In this document: piece by piece, positions 24,101 to 37,713 of the stretch
How the letters are laid out: the number at the start of each line of letters is the position of its first letter
Position numbering within the stretch: the first letter of the stretch is position 1
Assembly (NCBI RefSeq): GCF_006345805.1
Contig: NW_021833016.1
Span: 1 to 64,000 of the forward strand
Reading direction: 5' to 3'
DNA from: Octopus sinensis
Taxonomy: Eukaryota
Length of the DNA stretch: 64,000 bases
Position numbers and translations under genes: made by a program
The notes under the pieces: model-generated
The model's input: only the letters and a program-made list of their open reading frames with translations
Told to the model about the DNA's origin: nothing
Database searches by the model: none

Positions 24101-27100
24101 CAGTGGTTTTATTTTTATAGCGTGCTTTCACTTTACGACCGATCGCAGCTCTGTGTACCTTGGGTATGTGCTGTGATTTGTTGTGATGCTCTGATGGTTA
24201 CTGTATTGAAAGTGTTCTGCGTAGGATATGTGCAGTGCCCAGTATGTTATATATATTTGCAAGTCCTGGGTTTTTTGTTATGTATTTGTCTGAATATTTT
24301 TTATTTTACCTAATGCGCCTACTATGATAGGAATTGTTTCTGTTTTTAGATGCCACATTCGAGTTACCTCTATTTCAAGGTCTTTGTATTTTGAAAGTTT
24401 CTCCATTTTTTTTTTGGAGACACGTTGTGCTGGTATTGATACATTAATTAGAAAGCATTTTTTCTTCCTGATCTCTGACAAATATGTCTGGTCTATTGTC
24501 CTTAATTTCTCTATCTGTGTGTATTGGCATATCCCAGAGTATGGTTGCTTTCTCGTTTTCTGTGACCTTTTCTGGTGTGTGCCTATACCATCTTTTTTCT
24601 GTTATTATTCCATAGTGTTGGCATAGCTTCCAGTGTATGTGAGTCCAAACTCTGTCGTGTCTGTGAATATATTCCTTCTTAGCCAGGACTGGGCTCTACC
24701 ACCTTCCATACGTTGTATATATACAGCCAGAAATAGTATGATTCATTTTTTCTTGTCTATCTCCACATATTCTACAGTTACTTGTTATGTTTCATTTCAT
24801 TATATGTTTTAGGTAATTTCTGGTGGGGAGGCTTTGGTCTTGTGCTGCAATTAAAAATCCTTCCGTTTCTGCTTTGAGTCCTGAGCTTCTCAACAAATGC
24901 TGGGATTTTTCTCTGTCTATTTCTTTTGCATTTAGTTTAGTCCAGTATTTGCCATGAAGGGGCTTTTCTTGCCATCGTTTACCATGGTTCGTTGCTGTTC
25001 TAGTTTTAGTTTGTATTTCATTTTTTTATAGCTATCGTTGTTTCTTCTTCTTCATATTTGTTAGGTAGTATGATTTCTTGTTTGTATTTGTCAGCTTCCT
25101 TAAATACTGAGAACAGTATTTTGTTTTGTTCGTGTTTTGCCGCTATTTGTATCAGTTTTCCTCTTTTCTGAAGTAGATATTTTTGTAGTCCTATAATGGT
25201 TATTTTATAATAGTATAAGGCTCCTACCACCTTCTATACGTTGTATATATAGCCTTTCTATGTCAGATTTGGGTGATGTATCCTAGATCCTGTCATTATT
25301 TTTTTTTCGTTTTCCTGTCTATTTTGGTTAGTTCATTTAGTGTCCAGTTAAGGATATTGTAGCTGTATCTTGTAGCTAAAGTGTTAATGCCTATTATCTT
25401 GTTTTTATCATTGAGCTCTGTTTTTAGTATTCTGCTTTATTTTCTCTTTCATTTTTGTGTGTTGTATCATATCTAGTTCATGGATTCCTAAATATTTGTA
25501 TGTTTCGCTTTGGTCTAATTCTCTTATTTCATTGGCATTATCTAGTGTTATGTTGCTACTCTTAACTAGTTTCAGAGTTGCTTTGGCGCATTTTTCTAAT
25601 TCAAATTTCATATCTATTTCTTTGGTAAGTCCATGTTCTGTCTGTAGTAGTATTTCCAGCTGTTTGTCATTTGTAGCGTATAATTTTATGCCATCCATAT
25701 ATAAAAGGTGGTTGTTTGTTTCGCCGTAACATTTGTATCCGCATCCAGTTCTATTTAGCATATCAGATAGAGGTGTCAGTGCCAAGCAGAAAAGGAGATG
25801 GGGATGGCTTTGGTTTTCACGAGTCCCTCTTTTGTTTGGAGCTGTAGCACTGTCTGCCATTTATTCATAGAGTGTCTCATGTATTTTGTAATTATTGGTG
25901 CTACCTTGTTAATGGTTATTGTTTCGAGGATCCATGTGTGGTGAATGCTATCAAAAGCCTTTTGGCAGTCGATCCATGCCATACTGAGGCCTTTCTTCTT
26001 TCTGTGGCTGTCTTCAGTTATGTCTCTATCGGTCATTAGTTGATCTTTACAGCCATATGAGCCCTTGCAGCATCCCTTCTTCTCTTCTGGAAACAGGTTG
26101 TTTTCGTCCAGATGCCTGTTCAATCTTTGCGATATTACTACAGTAAAGGCTTTGTACATTGTAGGGAGACAGGCTATAGGTCTGTAGTTTTGTGGTTTTG
26201 CCGTTTCATTGGATTTGGGAATTAGGATGGTTTTCCCTTTGTGAGCCATTTAGACATTGTCTCTGGCTCTGCCAGTATGTCGTTAAAGTTTTCAGCCAGC
26301 TTTTTGTGTATTCTTGTCAGATATTTTAACCAGAATTTGGGGATCTTGTGGTGCCCAGGTGCGTTCCAGTTGCTTAGTGTTTGCAGTGCCTGGGTGACCT
26401 CTTCATTTGTTATGGGGTCCAGAGTTGCTCAGGTGCTAAGTTTGTTGTTTTAATACTCATTTTCTGTGATTGCTCATTTCTTTCTAACATTCTTCCACTT
26501 CTTCTGCCGTTGGTGCTGCAGTGATGTCTATTTTATTTTTGCCTAGTTCTTGGTAGAACTTGTTAGGGTTGGAGTTGAACTGTTTGTTTTGTTGAAAGAA
26601 ACGTTGGCGTTTCTCATACCGGCGGATCCTTTGTGCTTTGGCAAGGATATCTTGCTTTACTTTTCTTTTATCTCAGGTAAATCTTTTCATGTGATGTATT
26701 TGCACAGTAGTTTTGTTTTTTTCTTGTTGCTTAGTAGCGTTGATTGTCTACTAATTTCGTTCAGAATCGACAGATCTTTTCACTTTTTTGTATTCTTTGA
26801 TGCTATTTATCCACAGGGTTTGTTTGGGTGGTAGTACACCTGTTTTGATGGGTTTGAGGGAGTATCCAGCTTCTTTTGTGGCTGCACTAGCTGATGCATA
26901 TATTATGTCATTTAGCTCAGGGATTTGTTTCTGTGGCTATCAGTTCCGTGACAGCCAGGTTTATGCTATTTATTATTGATGTTGTTTTATTGTCTATTTT
27001 TTTGGGAGGTATGGTCGGTGGTCCAGTCTGAGATCCGTGGTTTTCAGTTCTTTGATTACTCTCATTTTTATAGTATCATAGTCATTGGGTTCCCCTTCGT

Positions 27101-27665
27101 TGTTTCCAGGTTTTAGATTTGTTTCGCTTTCCTTCTCATTCATATATTTGTCTATCGTGTTCTGGTTTGGTGCTTTTTGTACATTATTATACATCTCTGC
27201 GGTCTGGGTTTGTTGTTTTTTGTTTAATTCGTTTTTGTTACGTTTGTCTTCGAGTTTTACTATCTCAGTGTTTATATTATTTGGCATTGTTGTGTGGCTT
27301 CTATCTATATTTTTCTGATGTATTTTTCCTTTTAAATGTTCTATTTCTATTTCTGATATTTTTTTGCGCTGAGAATATATCTTCGTATGTTAGCTAGTTT
27401 ATTAGGGTTCATTACTGTATCCAAGTCTTTATTTAGGTCATTCTTCTTCCATATTTTATATGTATGTGTCCATTTATGCCTTTTTGGTTTTATTTGCGGT
27501 ATATGAGGAACAACGTCCGGCCCTTTATTTTGACGGTCATCATTTTCGTAGGGTAACGCGTCCGTACATTTCTGCTGTCAAATTGTTTTGCACGTGTAGT
27601 TTTTCGTACTTTTTGTGTAACAAGTCTAAAGTACGCACTTCCCGATTGTTATTCTTGGAATACCC
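24101..27665 (-). mobile_element. R4/Dong-type LINE, long degraded copy of the 13487/15814 family
   Basis: Colinear with 15814-17707 and extends 5' (NYRPIACLPTMYK, KGCCKGSYGCKDQL, AWIDCQKAFD); 3' end at (TAA)n. Confidence 0.85.
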
Positions 27666-27782
27666 ATTGGTACGTGTGTTTCTGGTCAACATCAGCTTGT
27701 TTGCTACGAGCCACATACTTGCCATGCAGAGGTTTCTGTTCCCATCTGCTAGCTAACTTTTCATGCGTTTTTATTATTATTA

Positions 27783-27888
<106 letters not shown>

Positions 27889-27904
27889 GATTATTATTAT
27901 TATT

Positions 27905-29385
27905 ATTTAAGACGTCGAACAGTATCCAGTATCCTAATGTTGTTCATTGGAGATATTGTGTCTACCGGGGTTTTGTACTGACTGTCAAGTCACAAGGACC
28001 TCAGACAAATATCACTTTACGCAATATTCGTGCAGTTCTAAGTAATGCCGATTTTTGCAATACACCTAGATCGTAGGGTATTTCTGATGTTTCCACATGC
28101 TTCTTCAACTTGGGCAGTATTGAAACTAGTGCTTTAATGACAACAGGGACAGCCTCTATGTTTGACTCTCGTAACTGCCACACCTTTGCGAAATCAATTC
28201 TTAGGTCTCAATATTTATCAATCGTTTCTCTTTCATGATAGTATGTCACGTTGATTAATAGGCCCTCTTGTTTGTCCCTCTTAAAGGTTACTATTCCGGG
28301 ACCTCGGTGCTCTAAAATCTTGCTTGTCTGGAAATCAATGTCCCAGAGGATTTTTGCCTTCCCTTATTCGTCCATTACTTTTTCCGGTGTATGCACCTAT
28401 TACCTCGTATCCACACTTCCGGCATAGTAGCCAATGGCGGTTTTGATGTTCCTTGTCGTGTTTGTGCTTGTACTGTTTCTGAACAAGATTTTCACAAGCA
28501 CTAACAATGTGAGTCACGCTTTCGACCCTCTTCCCGCACATTCTGCAGATGTCCATTGCACTTGTGTGATCTATATCAATTTTCACTGAGTTGATATTCA
28601 ATGCCTGATCCTGGGTAGCTATAATTGGGCTTTCAGTTTCTTTTTTAGGTCACTCTTGCTGAGCCACCTCCATGATGCTTCTTGGTCTTTTAAGTAGTTA
28701 GTTCGATAGTGGAACTGTAATTCCATGCGGTATAGGGTTCCTTTTCTCTATCGTTGGCCGTTCGTGATTGGAATTCATGAGCGCTCTTAAGCCCATTTTT
28801 GGTAAATCCTTCTGCATTAGCAGCATAGTGTAGCAAGTCTTGTTTTTATTTACAAAGTATTTCTGCCATGGTACTTATTTTCACTTTGGTGCACTCATCC
28901 CACATTTACTTTTACACCTCTTCGCGTACAGCCTCTGTATATTCGCTTTAGGTTGGAGGACACCATGCATTATCATTGTTTTCGGGGAGTGTGATCGAGT
29001 TTGTGAATCTCCGCTTGTGTCTATCTCAGGATGGTAGCACTTTAGCGGACTACAGCAATTGCCCATATGTCAATGGCAGTCACAAGTTTCCTTGAGCTGA
29101 GTTTTGATTTCAAAAGAAGTTTGAGGTGCTTCGAATATGTAGTGATGATTTTGTCTTTTATTTCTCTGTGCAAGATATTGTCCAGCACCAGGATCCCAAG
29201 GTACTTGAACCCATCATCAATTGGGTATTCAATTCTCTCTCCTTTGGGCAATCCTATGCCCCTACAATCTCTCTTTTCTCTCGTTTCTAAGTGAGCACTG
29301 CAAACTTCGAGATGCTGAATGTCATCCCTATATCCTTGCTGAACATCTGCAGTCTCAACCAGCCTCTCTCTTTCAGGCTCTGTTT
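27905..29385 (-). mobile_element. R4/Dong-type LINE 3' fragment, degraded
   Basis: CRMCGKRVESVTHIVSAC; FKYLGIL...LKSKLSSRKLVTAID; LQKSALLRTARILRKV; 3' end at (TAA)n. Confidence 0.75.
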
Positions 29386-30490
29386 TTGCGAACAGCCTGG
29401 AAATCTAGAGTCAATAAAATCTTGGAAGACCTGTTTTACAGCATCGTGGGAATTATTTTTTTTTCCTATCAAAAAGTTAATCAAATTCTGGAAGAAGTGG
29501 TAGTCAGTGGGGGCAACATCAGATGAGTATGGAGGATGATGGAGACCTTCCAACTCCAAATCCAGTAGTTTCGGCAATGTCATTTTTGTGATGTGTGGTC
29601 TGGCGTTGTCCTGCAATAAAACAGAAGTGGATCTGTTGACTAATTTATGCTGTTTTTTATAAGTTTCTGCATCATTTGGTCCAGTTGGCTGCAGTATAGT
29701 TTGGCTGTGATTGATAAGCCAGGTTTAATAATATCATAATAAATGACATCTGCGCCAGACCACCAAACACACACCATTAGCTTGATGGATTTTACTTTTT
29801 GGAGTCTGTTTTGGTGGCTCGTCTTTGTTCAACCATTGTACTGAATCTTTACGGCTGTTCTATTGGATCCATTTCCCATCACATGTTACAGTTCGATTCA
29901 AAAATTATTCATTTTTCTAACGAGCAAGTAACATAATGTAGGCTTCCAAACGTTGCTGTTTCAGATTTTCATTGAGTTCATGTGGAACCCACTTATCCAT
30001 CTTTCTCACTTTACCGATTTGAAATAGCTGACTCAATAGTGTTTGCTTGCTAACACCAAATAACAACGATAATTTGCGGGCACTTTGAGAAGGATCTGGC
30101 TTTCAGTTCTTCATTATCCACCATCGTTTCTGGTCGACCATGTTGCTCATTTGTGAGAATGAAATTTTGCAAACCAATTTGTTACTGTCTGCTGTGTAAT
30201 AACATTAGAATGAAATACTCCATTAATATTCCGAGCCGTCTGTGATGCTGTATTTCCAAGAAAAACTCATATTTCAAAACTACGAATTTCCGACTTATCC
30301 ATCTCTAAACAAAGATAGCAAAAACGATTTATAAATACTTTATAAAGCGCAAAATGAGTTAGAATAAAGGAATAGATGTGTCAGCTTTCTTACAAAAAAT
30401 AAAGGTTGTAAAAATATGATAATAGCGCAAAATGATCAGCTGTCAAAAGTTACTACATACCTTATTACAAATTTCATACTTCACGACCTA
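29386..30490 (-). mobile_element. mariner element, degraded, 3' end missing
   Basis: MDKSEIR start (~30302), ITCDGKW, QDNARPH, HPPYSSDVAPTDYHFF; fused directly to the LINE fragment near 29385. Confidence 0.8.
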
Positions 30491-30649
30491 CTATTTGTGA
30501 AAGTTGGCTCCAAGTCTCACCCAGATACCTCAAAAGACAACAGGTTACGAGTTCATGTTGGTGTCATGCCTAGGGTGTCATATAATATTGTAATTGAGAA
30601 TGTTTAAAAAAACATATGACAGTTATGAATCTGTTTTAAAGTTTGAGAT

Positions 30650-32525
30650 TGATTTTACGTACGATATGGGCAGATCCCATGAGCATTACCCTTTGAATTT
30701 CTGCCATTTTGGTATCTGAGCTAGGTAAGACTCAGTCCCTTTTACTATCATTCTTAGGGCACCTATGATAACAGGTATTGCACAATTTGTTGTAGATCTT
30801 GACAGATACAATTATGTCAATTGGGACAGTCATATCAATGAGGAAGCTTGATTTTTGCCAGAAGTCTTTCAATATAATGTCTGGCCTTGAACGGTGAAGT
30901 TCAAGAGAAGTGAGATGTGATCATTTTCAAGCACTGGAGGTGGTTTGTCGTCCCACCAGTTATTTTATCATGTGGTAGGTCCAGGTTTTTGCAAATTACC
31001 CAGTGAATATATTGTGCTGCTCTCTCATATCTGTTGAGATACGCTGTAGGCGCAGGAAGACTGCACATGGAGACAACATGGTCAACTGTTACATTTTTTG
31101 CTGACATACACGACATGTTGAGCTACTGCCGTTCTTTAACATGTTGGCCTGGTATTTTCTTGTAGGTAGGCATTGATGTTGGGCCGCTATCATAAACTCT
31201 TCCGTTTCTGGTTTTAAGCACAAAAACACTAACCATTGATGGGCAAGGGCTTTGTCAACATCGGCACTAATAGCTCTCTTTGGGTATTTGCCATTAAGAG
31301 GTTTTTCTTGCTATTTATCAGTAAGAATATCTAGGGCAGCAGTTTAGTACGGGTTTTCATACGCTTAGCTTTTTCTGTGCGTGTTTCTAGTACATCTAAT
31401 TCTGGAATTTGTTGTATTTGGAAATCACTTAGATATTACTTCACCTGTTTTGTTACTGAGTATGATGCTTACTTACTTCATACTTTGAGACAAGTTTTAA
31501 CATCCAGTCCTCAGAGTTTTTCAAGTAGTTGTCTAGGCCAATTGTGGCAATATTCATTATTAATTCCAGTTATATGAGTCCACGGCCATCCTCTTTTATT
31601 GACAGGTAAATTCCTTCTATATCTGCCTTTGTGTGGTGCATTCTATACAATGTTAAGAATTTTCGTGTTTTCTTTCAAGTTTACATATTTCAGTAATTGA
31701 CCAGTTATTAATATTGAAACTGGTATTTGTAGCTCTACGCCGCTTCTAACTCCTTTATGATATTCAGCTGGTCAAGATTAACTTTGGATGTTTCTGTCAA
31801 TTTTGCTTTGATAAAGGTAGCTTTTGCACATTTCTCGAAGACAAATTGCATTCTGATGTCATCACTGAACTGAATTGTTTAACAATCGCTAGTAAGACCT
31901 CTAGTTGTGGTCATTTCCTTTTCTTGCAATGAGCTCTATATCGTCCATGTAAATGAGATGATTTATAATTTTCTAAATATAATTTTCTAAGCATAATTTT
32001 ATCAAACATTTTATAGCCGTATTGTACATCATCGCGCAATTTCGAGAGAGGCATTAAGAGAAAAGGCTAGAGAAAAGAGGAGTGGTGATAGTGAGTCACT
32101 CTAGAAAATGCCACATGAAATTCTTATATCTCCAGCATTAAGAGATTCATTGTCACTGTTCAAAATCAGTGTGGTTCTCCATGATCTCATACTTACAAAC
32201 AAGAGGTTTATCAGAGTAGGTGCTAATTTATACATTTCCAGACATTCCTTAATCCACCTACGCGGTAGACAATCAAAATCTTTTTTATTGTCTGCCCAGG
32301 CTATCGAGAATTTTTGTGTCGTTAGTTACAATCTTCCAAGATCATCTTATTGGCGATTCGCTGATCTTTACAACCATAGGACCCACGCACATCCTTTTTG
32401 CTCATTATGCAATATGCCATTTTCTATTAAGAAACTATAGGTATATTCAGTCAAATCGGATGTTAGTATTTTAGACATTGTTGTTAAGCAGGTTATGGAT
32501 GTATAATATTTGGGTTTATTTGTTT
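30650..32525 (-). mobile_element. R4/Dong-type LINE, degraded (continues at 35614-36200)
   Basis: HVVSMCS...YLNRY...YIHW (30901-31116); RT relic; continuity across the SINE judged from the homologous copy at 36600-36700. Confidence 0.6.
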
Positions 32526-32526
32526 A

Positions 32527-32758
32527 CACTCTCTTTACTCTTTTACTTGTTTAAGTCATTTTGACTGTGGCCATGCTGGAGTACCGCCTTTGGTCGAGCA
32601 AATCGACCCCAGGGCTTATTCTTTTTTAAGCCAAGTACTTATTCTATCGGTCTCTTTTACCGAACCGAGCAAGTTATGGGACGTAAACACACCAGCATCG
32701 GTTGTCAAGTGATGTTGGGGGGACAAAAACAGACACAGAAACATATACGCACACATAC

Positions 32759-32790
<32 letters not shown>
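32527..32790 (-). mobile_element. tRNA-SINE copy 3, 3' half
   Basis: Matches the 3' half of copy 1 up to the internal microsatellite. Confidence 0.8.
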
Positions 32791-32813
<23 letters not shown>

Positions 32814-32855
32814 ATATATATAATATATATATATATATATTATATATATATATAT

Positions 32856-33522
32856 TAAAAAAGGAGATGTGGAACACCCGTTGTGATATATAAAAAAGGA
32901 AATGAAGAAAATGCTGACAAAATAATATAAGTAATTTAAGTAATTTAATTAGGTGAAAGTTCTTTTTACCGGTTGCGCATTTGTTATGCTTATCAAATTT
33001 TTTTAAAGAGAGATAGAGTTCCTTTCTGATGGATTTTTTCCTCTTATCTGACTTTATGTTGGGTTTGCTGTCTCGTATATGTGAAAAAAGAGGCTCCAGA
33101 GTTGTTTAAGATTTGCTTGGTTTCGTGCCTAAAATTTTTTGTGGACAATGTTCAATACAATTTTGATTGGTCATTATGAAGGGGTCATGTGAATGTTTGA
33201 ATGGAAATTGGTGTTGGGGTAAGAAAAAAGGCTCCAGAGAAGTTAAAATTTGGCTAGTGTCGCGCCTAAAATTTCTCATTGGTCATAATAAAGAGGTCAC
33301 GTGGATGTGGTCATAATAGAGAGGTCACGTGAATGTTTAGAATTTTCGAAAATAGCGTTGTTGAAAATTCTTATTGTTCAGGCTGGTCAGTAGACGTCAT
33401 GTGGATATTTTAAATAGCTTTTTAGCGCGTAGTTAGGGAGTGTATTTTCCGTTTGACTGAATTTGAGCTGGATAAGTAAGTTCGTTTAGGATAGGAAGAG
33501 CTATATGTATGTACGTGTGCGT

Positions 33523-33574
<52 letters not shown>

Positions 33575-35354
33575 ATATGTATGTTGGGGCGCGCGCGCGT
33601 GTATATATGTGTGCGTGTGTGGGTACAATTTTCAATATTTATAGTTCTGCTGGCCTTGTGCCTGTATCGGGAAGCAACGTGTTTGTGTGAAGTCAATATT
33701 TACAGTCATTTCCAAAAATAGTGTTGGATGTTTTGCACTCGTATCCAGTTATGTGTATGTGTGGAACCATATATTTGCGTGTGTCATGGTGTTAATATCT
33801 GGGTAAAAGTGTGTGTAGGGTATGTGCAGGTGTAAGTGTGTTTGTTGTGGGTTCGTGTTAGGGGGATGTGTTTAGAAGTGGTCTGTATTTATTAATAAGG
33901 TGGGATTCCATGGTTATTCGCTGGGTATGAGTGGCATTGTCTTTAAATTTGTAGAGGGGAAAGATTCTAAAATTGGGATGAAGTTGTGCGGCACAGGTAT
34001 CAATATGTGCACTAAGTGCTATTTTTCTGTATTCCTGTATTTTTATTTGGGATCTGTGGACAGTCATGCGTTGGCGGAGGCTATTTTTAGTTTGGCCTAT
34101 GTAGTTTTCATTACAGCCCGAGCAAGTTAAGACATATACTAGGTTTTCTGATGCGCATGTGAAGTTGTGTTTTACTGTGAAACGTTGTCCTTGTTTAAAA
34201 AAGAATTCCGGACCTTCTATTAGGTTGATGCATATACCACAATTGGGTCTATTGCATTTGTTTACTGTGGGTTTAGTTGTTGTGGTTGGCAGTATTTGAC
34301 ATTTGTTAAGATGGTTTTCAATGATTTGGGTCGCCTTTTGCTCTTTATGATTTCGTGTGTTAGGAGGATTTGGTTCATTCTATGGTCCTTTTTTAACAGA
34401 GGAATGTTCTGGAGGATGGTGTCAAAAGCTTCATTGTTGAGGGGGTTATGTGTAGAGATGTATGGTAGAGTATGGGGTTTCGATATAACAGGTTTAGGGT
34501 GTCTAAGTTCCTGTGTGCTGAGTTTTAGGGCGCGTTGGATCCCATTGTCAATTAGTGACGTGGGGTAATACCTGCTTGTTAATGTGTCCTTGAGTTCTTG
34601 TAGACGTAAGAGACGGGTGTTTTTATTGGAGACTATAGTGCAAATTCTCTTGGCTAAGTTGTAGGGAATGTTAATTTTAACGTGTCTAGGGTGGCATGAA
34701 TTGAAAGGGAGGTATTGCTTGGAGTCTGTGGGCTTGTAGTATATGTCTGTTTCTATTTTTTTGTTGTGAATTTTAATGAGGATGTCGAGGAAGTGAATTT
34801 GTTGAGGGCTGTATTCCATTGTGAAAATAATGTTTGTGTTGAGCCCATTTATAAGGATGTGAAATTCTTTAAGCTTCTCGACGGTTTCGGACCAAAGGAT
34901 GAAGCAGTCATCAAGATATCTCTTCCAGTTCTTCTCTATGTGTGTGTGAAGAGTGGTGCCAAATTGGTTAAGAACGTTATTATAGAGGGTGATTTCCAGG
35001 TATCCCATGACTAGGTTGGTGTAAGTGGGAGCTGTTTTCGTTCCCATTGCCGTCCCTGATTTCTGTCTGTAGAATTTGTTGTTGAAGGTGAATAAATTAT
35101 TCTCTAAGATGAATTTGAGTCCTTCTAAAATAAATTCCTTTTTGATGCGGTGTGGGAGATCGTTGGAGTAATTATCCAGCCAGAATTGGATAGCTTCTAT
35201 TCCTAGGTTGTGGGGGATGTTGGAGTAAAGATTAACTACATCTCTCTTAAAAAAATTTTGATAAGCATAACAAATGCGCAACCGGTAAAAAGAACTTCAC
35301 CTAATTAAATTACTTAAATTACTTAAATTATTTTGTCAGCATTTTCTTCATTTC

Positions 35355-35358
<4 letters not shown>
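32856..35358 (-). mobile_element. Penelope-like element (Neptune-like Cys linker), 5'-truncated with inverted terminal segment
   Basis: RT ORF 34262-35235 (GTAMGTKTAP, RYLDD), CNRPNCGIC linker, GIY-YIG LVYVLTC..CNENYIGQT to stop at 33858. 35236-35358 is the inverse of ~32895-33015. Confidence 0.9.
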
Positions 35359-35444
<86 letters not shown>

Positions 35445-35450
<6 letters not shown>

Positions 35451-35613
35451 CGACGGGCTTCTTTCAGTTTCTGTCTACTAAATCCATTCACAAGATTTTG
35501 ATCGGCCCGAGGCTATTGTATAAGACACTTGCCCAAGGTGTCATGCAGTGGTACTGAACCCGAAACCATGTGGTTGTTAAGCAAGCTACTTATCACAGAG
35601 CCACTCCTACACC
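35445..35613 (-). mobile_element. tRNA-SINE copy 3, 5' (tRNA head) half
   Basis: Matches 8612-8772 of copy 1. Confidence 0.8.
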
Positions 35614-36860
35614 TCATATTTTGGAAGTAGGAATGTAATACCAAGAGGGAATCATAGTAGGTTGTTGCAAAACGTCGTTGTAAAGTTTTGTTGGCAGTTC
35701 ATGGCTCCCTGGGAAGGCATTCAACAAGAAGTTAAGAATTTTATTCTTTCTTGGAGATTGCCATTTGCTTGAGTTCCTGAGAGATCTTACATCTTCTACC
35801 TTGATACCCTCCCACTTTTGCTCTTCTAAGGAGTCTAAGTCTGCAGATATTCTATTAATACAGGGTGTTTTTCATTCTGTGTTTTTTTCTTCTGCCCAAA
35901 TATTATTCCAAAATTTCTGCACTTCTTTTGATGGGTGAGACTTTACTGTAACTGGTATTTCCCCTTGTCTTCCTGTAAAAAGATTTGGGGGTATTTTTAA
36001 ACATATTATTGTCCTTGAAGAATCTAACGCGCTTTTCATACCTTGCTATGCGGGCAGCTTTAGCACACACCTTTTGCTTGATGGTTTCTATGGTGGCATC
36101 AATGTCAAGAATGATTTTTATATTATATTTTTTCTTTAATTTTCCGGTTTCTGTAGGTTTGGTAGTTTTGTCAAACTTAAGGTTTTCCAAACATTCTATG
36201 TTAGACCTATATTGTGGTATTGATGTCAAATATAGTTTTCATATATATGAAAACGATATTTGACATCGATACCACCATAGAAACTATCAAGTACAAGGTG
36301 TGTACTAAAGTTACTGGCATAGCAAAGTATCAAAAGCGCGTTAGGTCCCTCGAGCACAAAAATATGTTTTAAAATTTCTTAATCCAGTTATGTGGTAGTC
36401 TATCAAAAGCTGTTTTATAGTCAATCTAGGCTATTGACAAGTTTTGTGTCAATTGTGACAATCTTCTAAGATCATCTTATTGATGAGTAGCTGGTCTTTA
36501 CAACCATAGCATCCACGTTTACATCCTTTTTGCTCATTAGGGAATATGCCACTTTATATTAAAAGACTATAGGTATATTTAGTCAGGACAGATGTTAGCG
36601 TTTTATAAATTGTTGTTAAGCAGGTTATGTATCTCTAATATTTTGGTCCATTTGTTTGGTCCATTAACTAACCAAGAGGGAATCATACTAGGTTGTTGCA
36701 AAGCGTCATTGTAAAGTTCTGTTAGTAGTTCATGACTCTCTGCGAAGGTATTCAACCTGAAGTTAGGAAGTTTATCCTTTCCTGGAGACTGCCATTTGTT
36801 TGACTTCTCGAGAGCAGATCTTACATCTTCTACCTTATACCCTCCCACTTTTGCTCCTTA
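35614..36860 (-). mobile_element. R4/Dong-type LINE fragments (at least two copies, local inversion)
   Basis: IKQKVCAKAARIARYEKR..FFKDNNMF; SNKWQSPGKDKLPNF; 35640-35800 is homologous to 36675-36850. Confidence 0.7.
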
Positions 36861-37713
36861 GGTTTTGAAACTTCACTGTTATCAGACCAGCTGTTATGAA
36901 ATTACCCCCCATTGTTTATAATAATATATAGTGTGATTTGTGGGAAATATAGCTGTTATATCTAGCAATTCGAATGATTAAATAGAGATACTGTTGTTAC
37001 AACACTTCGTGAGCTATAATAACTAGCGGAATATATTTTGCATATATATTTAAAAGAAGGGTGGAATTCAAAATAGTTTTATCTGCATTTGAGTTATTGG
37101 ATCTAAGTGACTTAGATGACATTGCTATTGCAGTTAGAAGGGCTAAGAATGGAGATGAATTAACCCTTTTGAAACACTTCAGTCGACAGTTAAAGATTCC
37201 TTAAAATCCAGTCGTCTTGTATGCAACGACGAACGATTTGTTAAGAATCTCTCAATCAATGTGATTATTGGAAGGCTGAAGTTTTTAAATGACCATCTCT
37301 TTACTGGAATTTTCACAATCAGCTATAGTTAGAAATTATACAAGACATCAAATCTACAATATGGTTTATAACGAAATTGGTGTGTCATGTGCGAAATAAG
37401 GTCTCTTATAAATGTGATCCTTAGGAATCACTGAGTGACGGAAAAATTTCATGGAAATAAAGAAGGGACTATTTTACAATAAAATTAGGGATGCTTGAGA
37501 TAAGAGCAACAGTCGGATTTTTTTTAAGTTAAAAGGTTTGTTTTGCTAAGCTTTAATGATGCAGTAGTCTGTTTCTATACACGTTCATAAAAAAGTAAGC
37601 AGTACCAAATTAGATGAGTTTAGCCCCAGCTCTCAAACATACAATTCTAATGTTGGGGGTTAGAATACCATCTTGTTATATTTTGATGAATAAAGCAACT
37701 GTCAGTGCTGGTG

